A stretch of 62,123 nucleotides of DNA, filler included, from Candidatus Delongbacteria bacterium (GTDB lineage: Bacteria > UBA4055): NCBI GenBank assembly GCA_016937995.1. It is 5 parts of 5 records of this genome, joined end to end, with 100 filler letters (N's around TTAATTAATTAA, not from the genome) between each part and the next. Parts side by side here need not be neighbours in the genome. Positions count along the whole stretch, not along the records: positions 1 to 30,333 come from JAFGVM010000003.1; 4 more parts are not named here. One strand, 5' to 3'. The notes under the pieces were generated by a model. The model did no database searches and had not been told where the DNA came from. It worked only from the letters and a program-made list of their open reading frames with translations. Made by a program: the position numbers and the translations under genes. Shown here piece by piece: positions 1-9,677 of the stretch; positions within the stretch are counted from its first letter, which is position 1, and the number at the start of each line of letters is the position of its first letter.

Positions 1-142
1 ATATTTAAAAAAAAATTAACTTTACACTCGCGTGTGAAGCGGGATGTCCGGATCTTCTTGAGTAATGATTATTTCTTACTTTACACTGAAAAAGAGACTC
101 ACTTGCGGGTTGTCTAAGAAAAAAACATATAAATTAAAATAA

Positions 143-766
143 ATGGAGAGTTCAATGGAAAAGAAACTTCAGGAATTAACTGAAAAGATCTATTCCGAAG
201 GTGTTGAAAAAGCTAAGATCGAAGCTGAAAACATCGTGAAAGAAGCTAAAGAGAAAGCTGAAAAGGAATTAAGCAACGCCCAAAATGAAGCAAAGAAGAT
301 CATCGAAGAAGCAAAAAAGAAATCTGATGAGATAAAAAGAAACGGTGAATCAGAGATGAAACTTGCTTCTAAACAAGCTTTAAGTGAAGTTAAACAAAAG
401 ATAACTGATGTTATTACAACAGGCGTCATCAGTGAAAATGTAAAAGCTGCAATGGATGACAAAGAATTTGTGAAAAGTCTTATCGAGTTGTCAATAAAAA
501 GCCTTAGTTCAGAAGGTGCTGCAGATCTTGAGGTTTTACTTCCTGAAGAGAAAAAATCAGAACTTGAAGCATATTTGAAGAGTAATGCAGCTAAATTGTT
601 AAAAGGTGAGCTGATCATTAATCTAAGTAAAGAGATCACAAATGGATTTAAAATAGGTCCTGCTGACGGTAGTTATAAAATGAGTTTCAGCGATGATGAT
701 TTTGCAAATTACTTCAAAAGATATCTTAGACCAAAAACAATAACAATATTGTTCGAAGGAGAATAG
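143..766 (+). CDS. ntpE: V-type ATP synthase subunit E
   Basis: Coiled-coil N-terminus (KLQELTEKIYSEGVEKA), C-terminal GFKIGPADGSY...YLRP; first gene of a V-ATPase operon. Confidence 0.9.
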   Translation: MESSMEKKLQELTEKIYSEGVEKAKIEAENIVKEAKEKAEKELSNAQNEAKKIIEEAKKKSDEIKRNGESEMKLASKQALSEVKQKITDVITTGVISENVKAAMDDKEFVKSLIELSIKSLSSEGAADLEVLLPEEKKSELEAYLKSNAAKLLKGELIINLSKEITNGFKIGPADGSYKMSFSDDDFANYFKRYLRPKTITILFEGE

Positions 767-768
767 AA

Positions 769-1593
769 ATGCCGCAAAACTACTATTGTTTAGTAGCAGG
801 TCTTCCAAATATCACAATAGATGATAAAAAGTTATCATATGGGTCTGCAGACTTTCTTTCTGACATGGAAGAGTTTGTAGGAAAAGACGATCTCAATTAT
901 TTTAAATTGTTCAAGTACAAGATCGACAACGAAAATGTATTCAGGAGCATTATAAAACACAGTAATGATTATGTGCCTGGTGGTGTTTATTCCCAGGAAG
1001 AGATCGATGAAGCAATTGAAGATCCGATCAATATAGTTGAATACATTCAGGAATTTATCAAAGAATATCATGATGAAGAATTTGATAAAGAAGTTGATAA
1101 GAAAAGATTAACACAACTCTATTATGATTTCATACTTGAAGGAAATAACGGTTTTGTTCGTGATTGGTTTGAAATGGAACTTAATTTCAGGAATATCTTT
1201 TCAGCTCTTAACTGCAGAAAATATGAAATGTCTGTTGATGATGAATTGATCGACTTTAACCATGTATCGGAAGCTATCAGCAAAAGCAATACCAGAGATT
1301 TTGGTTTAAGTGCTGAGTATCCGTATATTGAGAACCTGTTGCAAATATTCGAAATTGAAGATCTGATGCAACGTGAAAAAGCTATAGATATGTTAAAGTG
1401 GGACTGGCTTGAGGAAAGAACATTCTTTAACTATTTTACCGTTGAAAAACTGATCTCTTATTATATCAAACTTGAAATGATCGAGCGATGGATAAATTTA
1501 GATCCGGATACAGGTAAAGAGCTTTTTGAAAAATTCATTAAAGAGCTTGAGTCCGGTTATGAATTTCCGGAAGAATTCAAGAGAAAAAAATAA
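769..1593 (+). CDS. DUF2764-family protein (subunit C-like) of Bacteroidetes/spirochete-type V-ATPase operons
   Basis: YYCLVAGLP N-terminus, F..E...Y..KL...ERW C-terminus; lies between subunits E and A. Confidence 0.85.
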   Translation: MPQNYYCLVAGLPNITIDDKKLSYGSADFLSDMEEFVGKDDLNYFKLFKYKIDNENVFRSIIKHSNDYVPGGVYSQEEIDEAIEDPINIVEYIQEFIKEYHDEEFDKEVDKKRLTQLYYDFILEGNNGFVRDWFEMELNFRNIFSALNCRKYEMSVDDELIDFNHVSEAISKSNTRDFGLSAEYPYIENLLQIFEIEDLMQREKAIDMLKWDWLEERTFFNYFTVEKLISYYIKLEMIERWINLDPDTGKELFEKFIKELESGYEFPEEFKRKK

Positions 1594-1616
1594 TTAAAAA
1601 TAAAAAAGGGTAAAAG

Positions 1617-3395
1617 ATGGCTACAAAAGGAAAAGTAGTAGGGATTATTGCCAATCTTGTTATTGTAGAGGCTGACGGACCCGTTTCTCAAAATGAGATA
1701 TGCTTTATTAAGATGCCGGGAGTGGATCTGATGGCTGAGGTTATCAAGATCATAGGTAAAAAAGCATATACACAGGTATTTGAGAGCACAAGAGGCCTAA
1801 AGGTCGGAACCAATGTTGAATTTATGAGTCATATGCTTGAAGTAACATTGGGGCCTGGAATTCTATCAAGAAACTATGATGGACTTCAAAATGATCTGGA
1901 TAAGATGGACGGTGTATTCCTTAAAAGAGGTGATTACACAGCTCCGTTGAATGAAGATGCAGAATGGGAATTCACTCCAATGGCACAAGCTGGTGATAAA
2001 GTCGAAGCAGGAAGCTGGTTGGGAGAAGTTCTTGAAGGCTGGATGCCTCACAAGATAATGGTGCCTTTTAAATTCGAAGGAAATTATACTGTAAAAAGTG
2101 TTGTGGCAAAAGGTACTTACAAAACAAAAGATGTTATCGGTGTCGTCACTGATGAAAAAGGTAATGATATTGAAGTTACAATGATGCAGAAATGGCCTGT
2201 GAAAGTTCCGATCAAGGCTTATAGAGATAAGCCAAGACCGTTCAAGATCATGGAAACAGGCGTAAGAACAATGGATACTTTAAATCCATTGGCTGAAGGT
2301 GGTACAGGATTCGTACCGGGACCATTCGGTGCAGGTAAAACAGTTCTTCAGCATGCTGTATCTCAGCAAGCGGATGCGGACATGATCATCGTAACTGCAT
2401 GTGGTGAGAGAGCGAACGAAGTTGTTGAGATATTTACAGAGTTCCCTGAACTGGATGACCCTAGAACAGGAAGAAAGCTGATGGAAAGAACAACTATCAT
2501 CTGTAATACTTCTAATATGCCTGTTGCAGCCAGAGAGGCTTCAGTTTATACAGGTATGACAATAGCTGAATACTATAGAGCAATGGGCCTTAAAATATTG
2601 TTGCTTGCAGATTCAACTTCAAGATGGGCTCAGGCTTTAAGAGAGATGTCAAACAGAATGGAAGAGCTACCTGGACCGGACGCATTTCCAATGGACCTTC
2701 CGGCTATCATTTCAAACTTCTATGCAAGAGCAGGATTTGTTTATTTGAATCAGCTAAAGAAAGATTCAAAAGAACCTGAATCAGGATCTATCACATTCCT
2801 GGGTACAGTATCACCAGCCGGTGGTAACCTGAAGGAACCTGTGACAGAATCTACAAAGAAGGCAGCAAGATGTTTCTATGCACTTAACCAGGATAGAGCT
2901 GACAGTAAAAGATATCCTGCGATCGATCCGATCGACAGTTATTCAAAATATCTTGAATATCCGGAGATCCAGGAATATCTTAAGAAAACGATCTCAGAAG
3001 ACTGGGTTGATAACGTTACTAAGGTAAAAGATTATTTACTAAGAGGTAAAGAAGCATCTGAGCAGATCAATATCCTTGGTGATGATGGTGTCCCAATTGA
3101 TTATCACTTAAGATACTGGAAAGCTGAAGTAATTGATTTTGTGATACTTCAGCAGGATGCATTTGATGATATTGATAAATCTACTTCTTTTGCAAGACAG
3201 AAGTTCATGCTTGATCAGGTATTAGCGGTTTATAATACTGAATTCAAATTTGATTCTTTTGAAGAAGTTAACCCTTACTTCAAGGGAATTATTAATACAT
3301 TCAAGCAAATGAACTATGCTGAATATGAATCAGACAAGTTCAAAGAATACCTAAAAGAAATCGAAACTAAAATTAATGAAAGAAAGGCGGTATAA
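1617..3395 (+). CDS. ntpA: V-type ATP synthase subunit A
   Basis: Walker A GPFGAGKT, CGERANE, NTSNMPVAAREAS, DSTSRWAQALRE. Confidence 0.97.
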   Translation: MATKGKVVGIIANLVIVEADGPVSQNEICFIKMPGVDLMAEVIKIIGKKAYTQVFESTRGLKVGTNVEFMSHMLEVTLGPGILSRNYDGLQNDLDKMDGVFLKRGDYTAPLNEDAEWEFTPMAQAGDKVEAGSWLGEVLEGWMPHKIMVPFKFEGNYTVKSVVAKGTYKTKDVIGVVTDEKGNDIEVTMMQKWPVKVPIKAYRDKPRPFKIMETGVRTMDTLNPLAEGGTGFVPGPFGAGKTVLQHAVSQQADADMIIVTACGERANEVVEIFTEFPELDDPRTGRKLMERTTIICNTSNMPVAAREASVYTGMTIAEYYRAMGLKILLLADSTSRWAQALREMSNRMEELPGPDAFPMDLPAIISNFYARAGFVYLNQLKKDSKEPESGSITFLGTVSPAGGNLKEPVTESTKKAARCFYALNQDRADSKRYPAIDPIDSYSKYLEYPEIQEYLKKTISEDWVDNVTKVKDYLLRGKEASEQINILGDDGVPIDYHLRYWKAEVIDFVILQQDAFDDIDKSTSFARQKFMLDQVLAVYNTEFKFDSFEEVNPYFKGIINTFKQMNYAEYESDKFKEYLKEIETKINERKAV

Positions 3396-4717
3396 TGGAA
3401 ACGACAGCTTTTCAAAAAATATATACAAAGATCACTCAGATAACCAAAGCAACCTGTTCATTGAAAGCTTCAGGTATCGGTTACGAAGAGATCGCTACTG
3501 TGAACGGGCGTTTAGCTCAGGTAGTAAAGATCCAGGGTGACGATGTAACACTTCAGATCTTCTCAGGTACTGAAGGAATTCCAACTAACGCAGAAGTAGT
3601 TTTCATGGGTAAAGCACCATCGTTAAAAGTTGGAGAAGAATTAGCAGGAAGATTTTTCAACGCTTATGGTGAACCAATTGACGGTGGACCGGCAGTTGAA
3701 GGTAAAGAAGTTGAGATCGGTGGACCGTCTGTAAATCCTGTAAGAAGAAAGCAGCCTTCAGATCTAATTCCAACAGGTATTGCAGGTATCGATCTGAACA
3801 ATACTCTTGTTACCGGTCAGAAAATACCATTTTTTGCAGATCCTGATCAACCGTTCAACCAGGTAATGGCTGAGGTTGCATTGAGAGCGAAGGCAGATAA
3901 GATCATTCTTGGGGGTATGGGATTATCAAATGATGATTACTTATTCTTTAAAAATATCTTTGACAATGCAGGAGCATTAGACAGGATCATAAGTTTTATC
4001 AACACTACAGAAGATCCTCCAGTAGAAAGATTGTTGGTTCCTGATATGGCTTTGACCACTGCAGAATATTTCGCCCACGAAAAGAATGAGAAAGTTCTTG
4101 TTCTACTGACAGATATGACTCTTTATGCAGATGCTTTAAGTATCGTATCCAACCGTATGGATCAGATACCTTCAAAGGACAGTATGCCGGGATCATTATA
4201 CTCAGACCTTGCAAAATTGTATGAGAAGGCTGTTCAGTTCCCGGATGGCGGTTCGATCACTATTATAGCTGTAACTACTCTTTCAGGTGGAGATATTACT
4301 CATGCGATACCTGATAACACAGGTTATATCACTGAAGGTCAGTTATTCCTAAGAAGAGATACTGACATCAGTAAGGTTATTATTGATCCATTCAGAAGTT
4401 TATCAAGATTGAAGCAGCTTGTTATTGGTAAGCAGACAAGAGAAGATCATCCACAGGTTATGAACGCAGCTATTCGTATCTTTGCAGATGCGGCTAATGC
4501 AAAAACTAAACTTGAAAATGGTTTTGATCTGAATGATTATGATGAAAGAACATTGAAATTCGCAAAAGGTTATTCTAATGATCTGCTTGCGATCGATGTT
4601 AACGTTGATATAGATACTATGCTTGATACAGGCTGGAGACTTTTCGGAGAGTATTTCGAAAAAGCCGAGGTTGGTATTAAAGATGAATTAGTTGAAAAGT
4701 ATTGGCCGAAAAAATAA
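3395..4717 (+). CDS. ntpB: V-type ATP synthase subunit B
   Basis: TGIAGID, GQKIPFF, LTDMT.YADAL, PDNTGYITEGQ, SLSRL. Confidence 0.97.
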   Translation: METTAFQKIYTKITQITKATCSLKASGIGYEEIATVNGRLAQVVKIQGDDVTLQIFSGTEGIPTNAEVVFMGKAPSLKVGEELAGRFFNAYGEPIDGGPAVEGKEVEIGGPSVNPVRRKQPSDLIPTGIAGIDLNNTLVTGQKIPFFADPDQPFNQVMAEVALRAKADKIILGGMGLSNDDYLFFKNIFDNAGALDRIISFINTTEDPPVERLLVPDMALTTAEYFAHEKNEKVLVLLTDMTLYADALSIVSNRMDQIPSKDSMPGSLYSDLAKLYEKAVQFPDGGSITIIAVTTLSGGDITHAIPDNTGYITEGQLFLRRDTDISKVIIDPFRSLSRLKQLVIGKQTREDHPQVMNAAIRIFADAANAKTKLENGFDLNDYDERTLKFAKGYSNDLLAIDVNVDIDTMLDTGWRLFGEYFEKAEVGIKDELVEKYWPKK

Positions 4718-4747
4718 CCCTGTTAATTAAAAAAACTGAGTAAAAAA

Positions 4748-5347
4748 ATGGCTATAAAATTTCAGTATAATAAAATAGCGCTTCAACAACTCAATAAGCA
4801 ATTGAAGATCAGGGTTAGAGCTTTACCTACTATCAAAAATAAAGAAGCAGCTCTCAGAATGGAAGTTAAAAAAGCTAAGACCATAGCTAATGAACTTGAT
4901 ACAAGATTGAACTCTGAGATGAAAATTTATGATAGTATGGCAGGTCTCTGGAATGAATTTGACAGAGAGCTCTTAGCAGTAGAGGATGTAGTATTATCTA
5001 CAAAAAAGATCGCGGGTGTAAAAGTACCGATCCTTGATGAGATAATCTTCACTGTGAAAAAGTACAGTCTTTTCGATTCTCCCGAGTGGTTCCCTGATGG
5101 AATTGCAATATTAAAGAAACTTGTTGGTATAGCAATTGAAAGAGAATTGTTTTTCGTTAAAACAGGATTACTTGAGCATGCACGTAGAAAAACGACTCAG
5201 AAAGTAAATCTATATGAAAAGGTACAGATACCTGGATTTGAAGAAGCGATATTAAAGATAAAAAGATTTATGGAAGATGAGGAAAATCTTTCCAAATCTT
5301 CACAAAAGATCGTGAAAACTCGTCAGGCAATGGAGGTAGAAGCATGA
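4748..5347 (+). CDS. ntpD: V-type ATP synthase subunit D
   Basis: LPT.KNKE, IAGVKVP, TTQKVNLYEKVQIP; operon position. Confidence 0.95.
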   Translation: MAIKFQYNKIALQQLNKQLKIRVRALPTIKNKEAALRMEVKKAKTIANELDTRLNSEMKIYDSMAGLWNEFDRELLAVEDVVLSTKKIAGVKVPILDEIIFTVKKYSLFDSPEWFPDGIAILKKLVGIAIERELFFVKTGLLEHARRKTTQKVNLYEKVQIPGFEEAILKIKRFMEDEENLSKSSQKIVKTRQAMEVEA

Positions 5348-7164
5348 TAGTACCTATGAAAAAATATTCCTTCCTGATCTATCACAGAGAATACGATAAA
5401 TTCTTAAATGAAATACAGGATCTTGGTGTTGTTCATGTGATAGAAAAAACTGATGAAGTTGCTGATGAGATAAGAAATAAAATACAATTGATAAAAAGGA
5501 TTGAGCATACTGTAAAGAACCTTAAGTCAAGAGGGCAGGAAGCAAAAAATGTGGAAGTTAAGTCCGGTCAGATAGAACTGATCGAAGACATTGAGGAACT
5601 TTATTTGGATATTGATCATAATACACAGAAATGTCATGTTCTCAGAAAAGAGCTTAACTCCTTAGAACCTTGGGGAGATCTTTCACTGGACCAGGTTAAG
5701 AAATTGTCTGATTCAGATATTGAAATGAAATTTTTCATATGTTCTGAAAAAGCTTTTGATGAAGAATGGACAAATAGGTATGCAATAGAAATAATCACCA
5801 AGGCTAATAACATTTATTTTGTAGTTTTCGTAAAGAAAGGCGAAGAGATAGATATCAAAGCTGATGAATTCAAATTGCCTGACAGATCAATGACTGAATT
5901 GAAAACTGAAATTGGAAAAATTCACGCACAGATCGAACTGGATAATAAGCAGTTGGACAAACATGCTGCTGAAGATATTATTGCTTTGACAAATTTTAAA
6001 AATGATGTTGAGAACAGAAAAGAATTTGAACAGATCCAGGCTCAGGGTGCTAAAGAAGCTGAAGGCAGATTGGTAGTTGTTGAAGGTTGGATCCCTGAAA
6101 CTGATTCTGCTGAAATGGTGGAATATCTTGAAACCAATAAAGTATTATTTCTTGAAGGTGATCCTTCAGAGGAAGAAATTGCTAAAGTACCTATCAAGAT
6201 AAAGAACAACAAATTTGCGGAAATGTTCGAGCCTATAGGCAAGCTGTTCTCATTACCTGCATATACTGAGATCGATCTTACAATGTATTTTGCACCTTTC
6301 TTTATGTTGTTTTTCGGATTCTGCCTGGGTGACACCGGTTATGGTTTTGTTATTCTTCTTGCTATGACAATACTTAAGTTTAAAGTTCCAAAAGAGTATA
6401 AATCATTTCTAACACTGGGTCAACTATTCGGGATAACGACCATAATAATGGGTGCGGTCGGAGGAACTGTATTTGGAGTTGATCTTAAGATAATCGAGTG
6501 GAAGTTCAAGGATGTATTCTTAGACAGTAATGATATGTTCTGGCTTGCATTGGGTCTTGGGGTTATACAGATACTGTTCGGAATGATCATCAAAGCTGCT
6601 AATGCGGTTAAGCAGAATGGCTGGATGTATGCTATATCCACTTTTGGCTGGATGCTGTTGCTGATCAGTCTGCTTGGTATGAGCGTTAAAGCTATACTTG
6701 GTTATTTAAAAGTCGAAGAGAGTGTTATTAATTCTTTAGCTTATCTGGATACAATTTCAGGGATAGCGGGAAAGACAGCTTTGGTCGGTGTTGCAATGAT
6801 ATTGTTATTTAATGATCCGAAGGCAAATATTTTTGTAAGACTTGGTAAAGGACTTTGGGAATTGTATGATATAACAGGCCTTTTCGGTGATGTCCTTAGT
6901 TATATAAGACTTTTTGCTCTTGGTGTATCAAGTGCAATACTTGGACTTGTAATAAATAATATTGCACTTGAATTCTCTAAGATACCATATATTGGTTGGA
7001 TCATCATGGCGGTATTTATGATAATAGGTCACACGGGTAATATACTGCTTTCAGGCTTAGGTTCACTTGTTCATCCTATGCGTTTAACATTTGTTGAATT
7101 CTACAAGAATGCAGGATGGACCGGTGGTGGAAAGGAATATAAACCATTTGTTAGAAAAAAATAA
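5344..7164 (+). CDS. ntpI: V-type ATP synthase subunit I (a)
   Basis: LEPWG, FFGFCLGD.GYG, DVLSYIRLFALG, HPMRLTFVEF. Confidence 0.95.
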   Translation: MIVPMKKYSFLIYHREYDKFLNEIQDLGVVHVIEKTDEVADEIRNKIQLIKRIEHTVKNLKSRGQEAKNVEVKSGQIELIEDIEELYLDIDHNTQKCHVLRKELNSLEPWGDLSLDQVKKLSDSDIEMKFFICSEKAFDEEWTNRYAIEIITKANNIYFVVFVKKGEEIDIKADEFKLPDRSMTELKTEIGKIHAQIELDNKQLDKHAAEDIIALTNFKNDVENRKEFEQIQAQGAKEAEGRLVVVEGWIPETDSAEMVEYLETNKVLFLEGDPSEEEIAKVPIKIKNNKFAEMFEPIGKLFSLPAYTEIDLTMYFAPFFMLFFGFCLGDTGYGFVILLAMTILKFKVPKEYKSFLTLGQLFGITTIIMGAVGGTVFGVDLKIIEWKFKDVFLDSNDMFWLALGLGVIQILFGMIIKAANAVKQNGWMYAISTFGWMLLLISLLGMSVKAILGYLKVEESVINSLAYLDTISGIAGKTALVGVAMILLFNDPKANIFVRLGKGLWELYDITGLFGDVLSYIRLFALGVSSAILGLVINNIALEFSKIPYIGWIIMAVFMIIGHTGNILLSGLGSLVHPMRLTFVEFYKNAGWTGGGKEYKPFVRKK

Positions 7165-7170
7165 AAAAGG

Positions 7171-7195
7171 GATGTTGAAATAAATTCAGCATGAC
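7171..7195 (-). repeat. REP-like palindrome, GTCAT class (GTCATGCTGAATTTATTTCAACATC on the minus strand)
   Basis: Imperfect hairpin between ntpI and ntpK; related copy at 42145-42168. Confidence 0.65.
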
Positions 7196-7234
7196 GGTCA
7201 AATAAAAACTAAAAATAAATTGTAAAAGGAGTAA

Positions 7235-7696
<462 letters not shown>

Positions 7697-7720
7697 TTAA
7701 AGCCTCATAAATTCTTTTTT

Positions 7721-7745
7721 AGCCCTGAAATTTCAGGGCTTTTTT
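7721..7745 (+). terminator. Intrinsic terminator of the V-ATPase operon
   Basis: AGCCCTGAAATTTCAGGGCT palindrome followed by a T run. Confidence 0.8.
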
Positions 7746-7758
7746 ATTAAAAAAAAAT

Positions 7759-8150
7759 GTCATTCTTCCCGAATACCGGGAGGAATCTAGGAGCTATCAA
7801 TGCTCTTCATTCTGAACTCGGCTTGTACCGATTTATCGGGAATTCAGAATCTTTATTTTTTAAAGAGTACGGGATCTTTACTTTTTCCCATTGCAGCAAA
7901 AAGTAACAAAAAGTGCTAGGCGATCCAAATTTGTTTTACCCCTGATGAGTGCGAATTTATGGCATTATAGGTGCGAACCCCGTGAGTGTTGTATCGACGG
8001 AGTTCTCACGGGGAATAAATCAGGTCGTATCCTGCTCATTCTGGTAAGTCAGTTCGGTAATTCACAGAAAGAAGTGCGAAAAGATGATATGTCCCTTTAC
8101 TTTTTCATACAGGCTTTTTTTATTTTTATCAGCGAAACATTCTTTTCGTC
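7759..8150. repeat. Composite cluster of REP-like palindromes and a MITE-like structured element
   Basis: GTCATTCTTCCCG..CGGGAGGAATC (7759), TCATTCTGAA..TTCAGAATC (7807), TTACTTTTT..AAAAAGTAA (7878), CCCCGTGAG..CTCACGGGG (7978-8013). Confidence 0.6.
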
Positions 8151-8234
8151 ATAAATCATATTGATAAATGGTTTTATATTCATTATGTTATAATCCTTAG
8201 AAATTATTTATTAAAGTATAATACGGAGGTAGAC

Positions 8235-9677
8235 ATGGATTTTCTTTCAGTCGCATTAGATCATGCCCAGTCGCTTGGTGTGGAATATGCCGATATCAGG
8301 ATCCAGAAGACCAGCAGAGAGGTGATCTATCTGATGGACTTAAGCCTGAAGAATACGAGCAAAAATGTTCTTCACGGTTACGGGATCAGAGTATTCAAAA
8401 ATGGAGCATGGGGATTTGCACACAGCAACATTTTTACTCAGGATGAAGTTAAAAAAACTGTGGAGGAGGCTGTAAAAACAGCAGGTTATTCTGCATTGAT
8501 CAATAAAGACAATCCACTCAGGCTTGCTCCTGAAAGAGGATATATTGATTCCTACAAGACTAAAGTCGTTATTGATCCTTTCAAAGTATCTCTGCAGGAA
8601 AAACTTGACATGATGATCGAAGTCAATAGAACTATGCTTAACTATGAAAAGATAAAAAGAGCTGAATTCCGCCTGGAGAATTATAACGATGATAAATATT
8701 TTGCATCCACACTTGGGAGTAGAATACACTCAAATATTACTTATGTTTATCCTATGATAACAGCAACTGCTGTAAATGACAGTGATTCGCAGTCACGTTC
8801 ATTTGATGATGGTGGATATGCTGCAGGATGGGAGCATGTTCTTAAAATGAATCTGTTGGATAAAGCAGATTCAATAGCAGAACAGGCAATTCTTAAACTT
8901 GAAGCTGATGAACCTGGTGAGATAAGAAGAAGGGACCTGATCCTGGATCCCGGGCATCTCGGTCTTACAATGCACGAATCTGTAGGTCATCCGACTGAGT
9001 TGGACAGAGTTCTTGGATGGGAGGCTGATATGGCCGGTGTTTCTTTTGCGACTCCTGAGAAGCTTGGAAAGTATCAGTACGGGTCAGAGATCGTAAATTT
9101 CATCGGGGATAATACTTTATCTTTCGGTCTGGCTACTGCAGGCTACGATGATGACGGAGTTCCCGGTCAGAAGTGGTATATAATTAAAGACGGTATTCTG
9201 AACGAATACGGATCTACTAGAGATTCAATTCCTTTCTTGAATGACGGAATGAGCAGAGGATGTTCGAGAGCTACAAATTACTATGATTTTCCTATCAATA
9301 GAATCCCGAACCTATATCTTGAACCAGGTAAGAAACCGTTGTCTCCACAAGAATTGATTGCTGATACTGAAGATGGTATATATATCGAGGGAAGAGGATC
9401 ATTCTCAATTGATCAGCATAGAGTAAATTTCCAGTTCGGCGGGGATATGTTCTGGGAGATCAAGAACGGCAAAAAGGTAAGACCTTTGAAAGACGTTCTG
9501 TACAAATCTTCAAATCCGGAATTCTGGAACAGTTGTGATGCGATATGTGATGACAGATTCTGGAAAGATTTCGGAGTTAACAATTGCGGTAAAGGTCAGC
9601 CTATGCAGTCTTCAAGGATGACTCACGGTTCATCAACTGCAAGATTCAAGAATATCAGAGTAGGAGGGTCAAAATAA
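8235..9677 (+). CDS. tldD: TldD-family metalloprotease
   Basis: YADIR, G.GIRV..NGAWGFA, HESVGHPTELDR, C-terminal CGKGQP. Confidence 0.93.
   Translation: MDFLSVALDHAQSLGVEYADIRIQKTSREVIYLMDLSLKNTSKNVLHGYGIRVFKNGAWGFAHSNIFTQDEVKKTVEEAVKTAGYSALINKDNPLRLAPERGYIDSYKTKVVIDPFKVSLQEKLDMMIEVNRTMLNYEKIKRAEFRLENYNDDKYFASTLGSRIHSNITYVYPMITATAVNDSDSQSRSFDDGGYAAGWEHVLKMNLLDKADSIAEQAILKLEADEPGEIRRRDLILDPGHLGLTMHESVGHPTELDRVLGWEADMAGVSFATPEKLGKYQYGSEIVNFIGDNTLSFGLATAGYDDDGVPGQKWYIIKDGILNEYGSTRDSIPFLNDGMSRGCSRATNYYDFPINRIPNLYLEPGKKPLSPQELIADTEDGIYIEGRGSFSIDQHRVNFQFGGDMFWEIKNGKKVRPLKDVLYKSSNPEFWNSCDAICDDRFWKDFGVNNCGKGQPMQSSRMTHGSSTARFKNIRVGGSK

Noticed and set aside
7891..8154. 87-aa ORF
   Set aside because: TTG start with no ribosome-binding site, lying over palindromic repeat DNA
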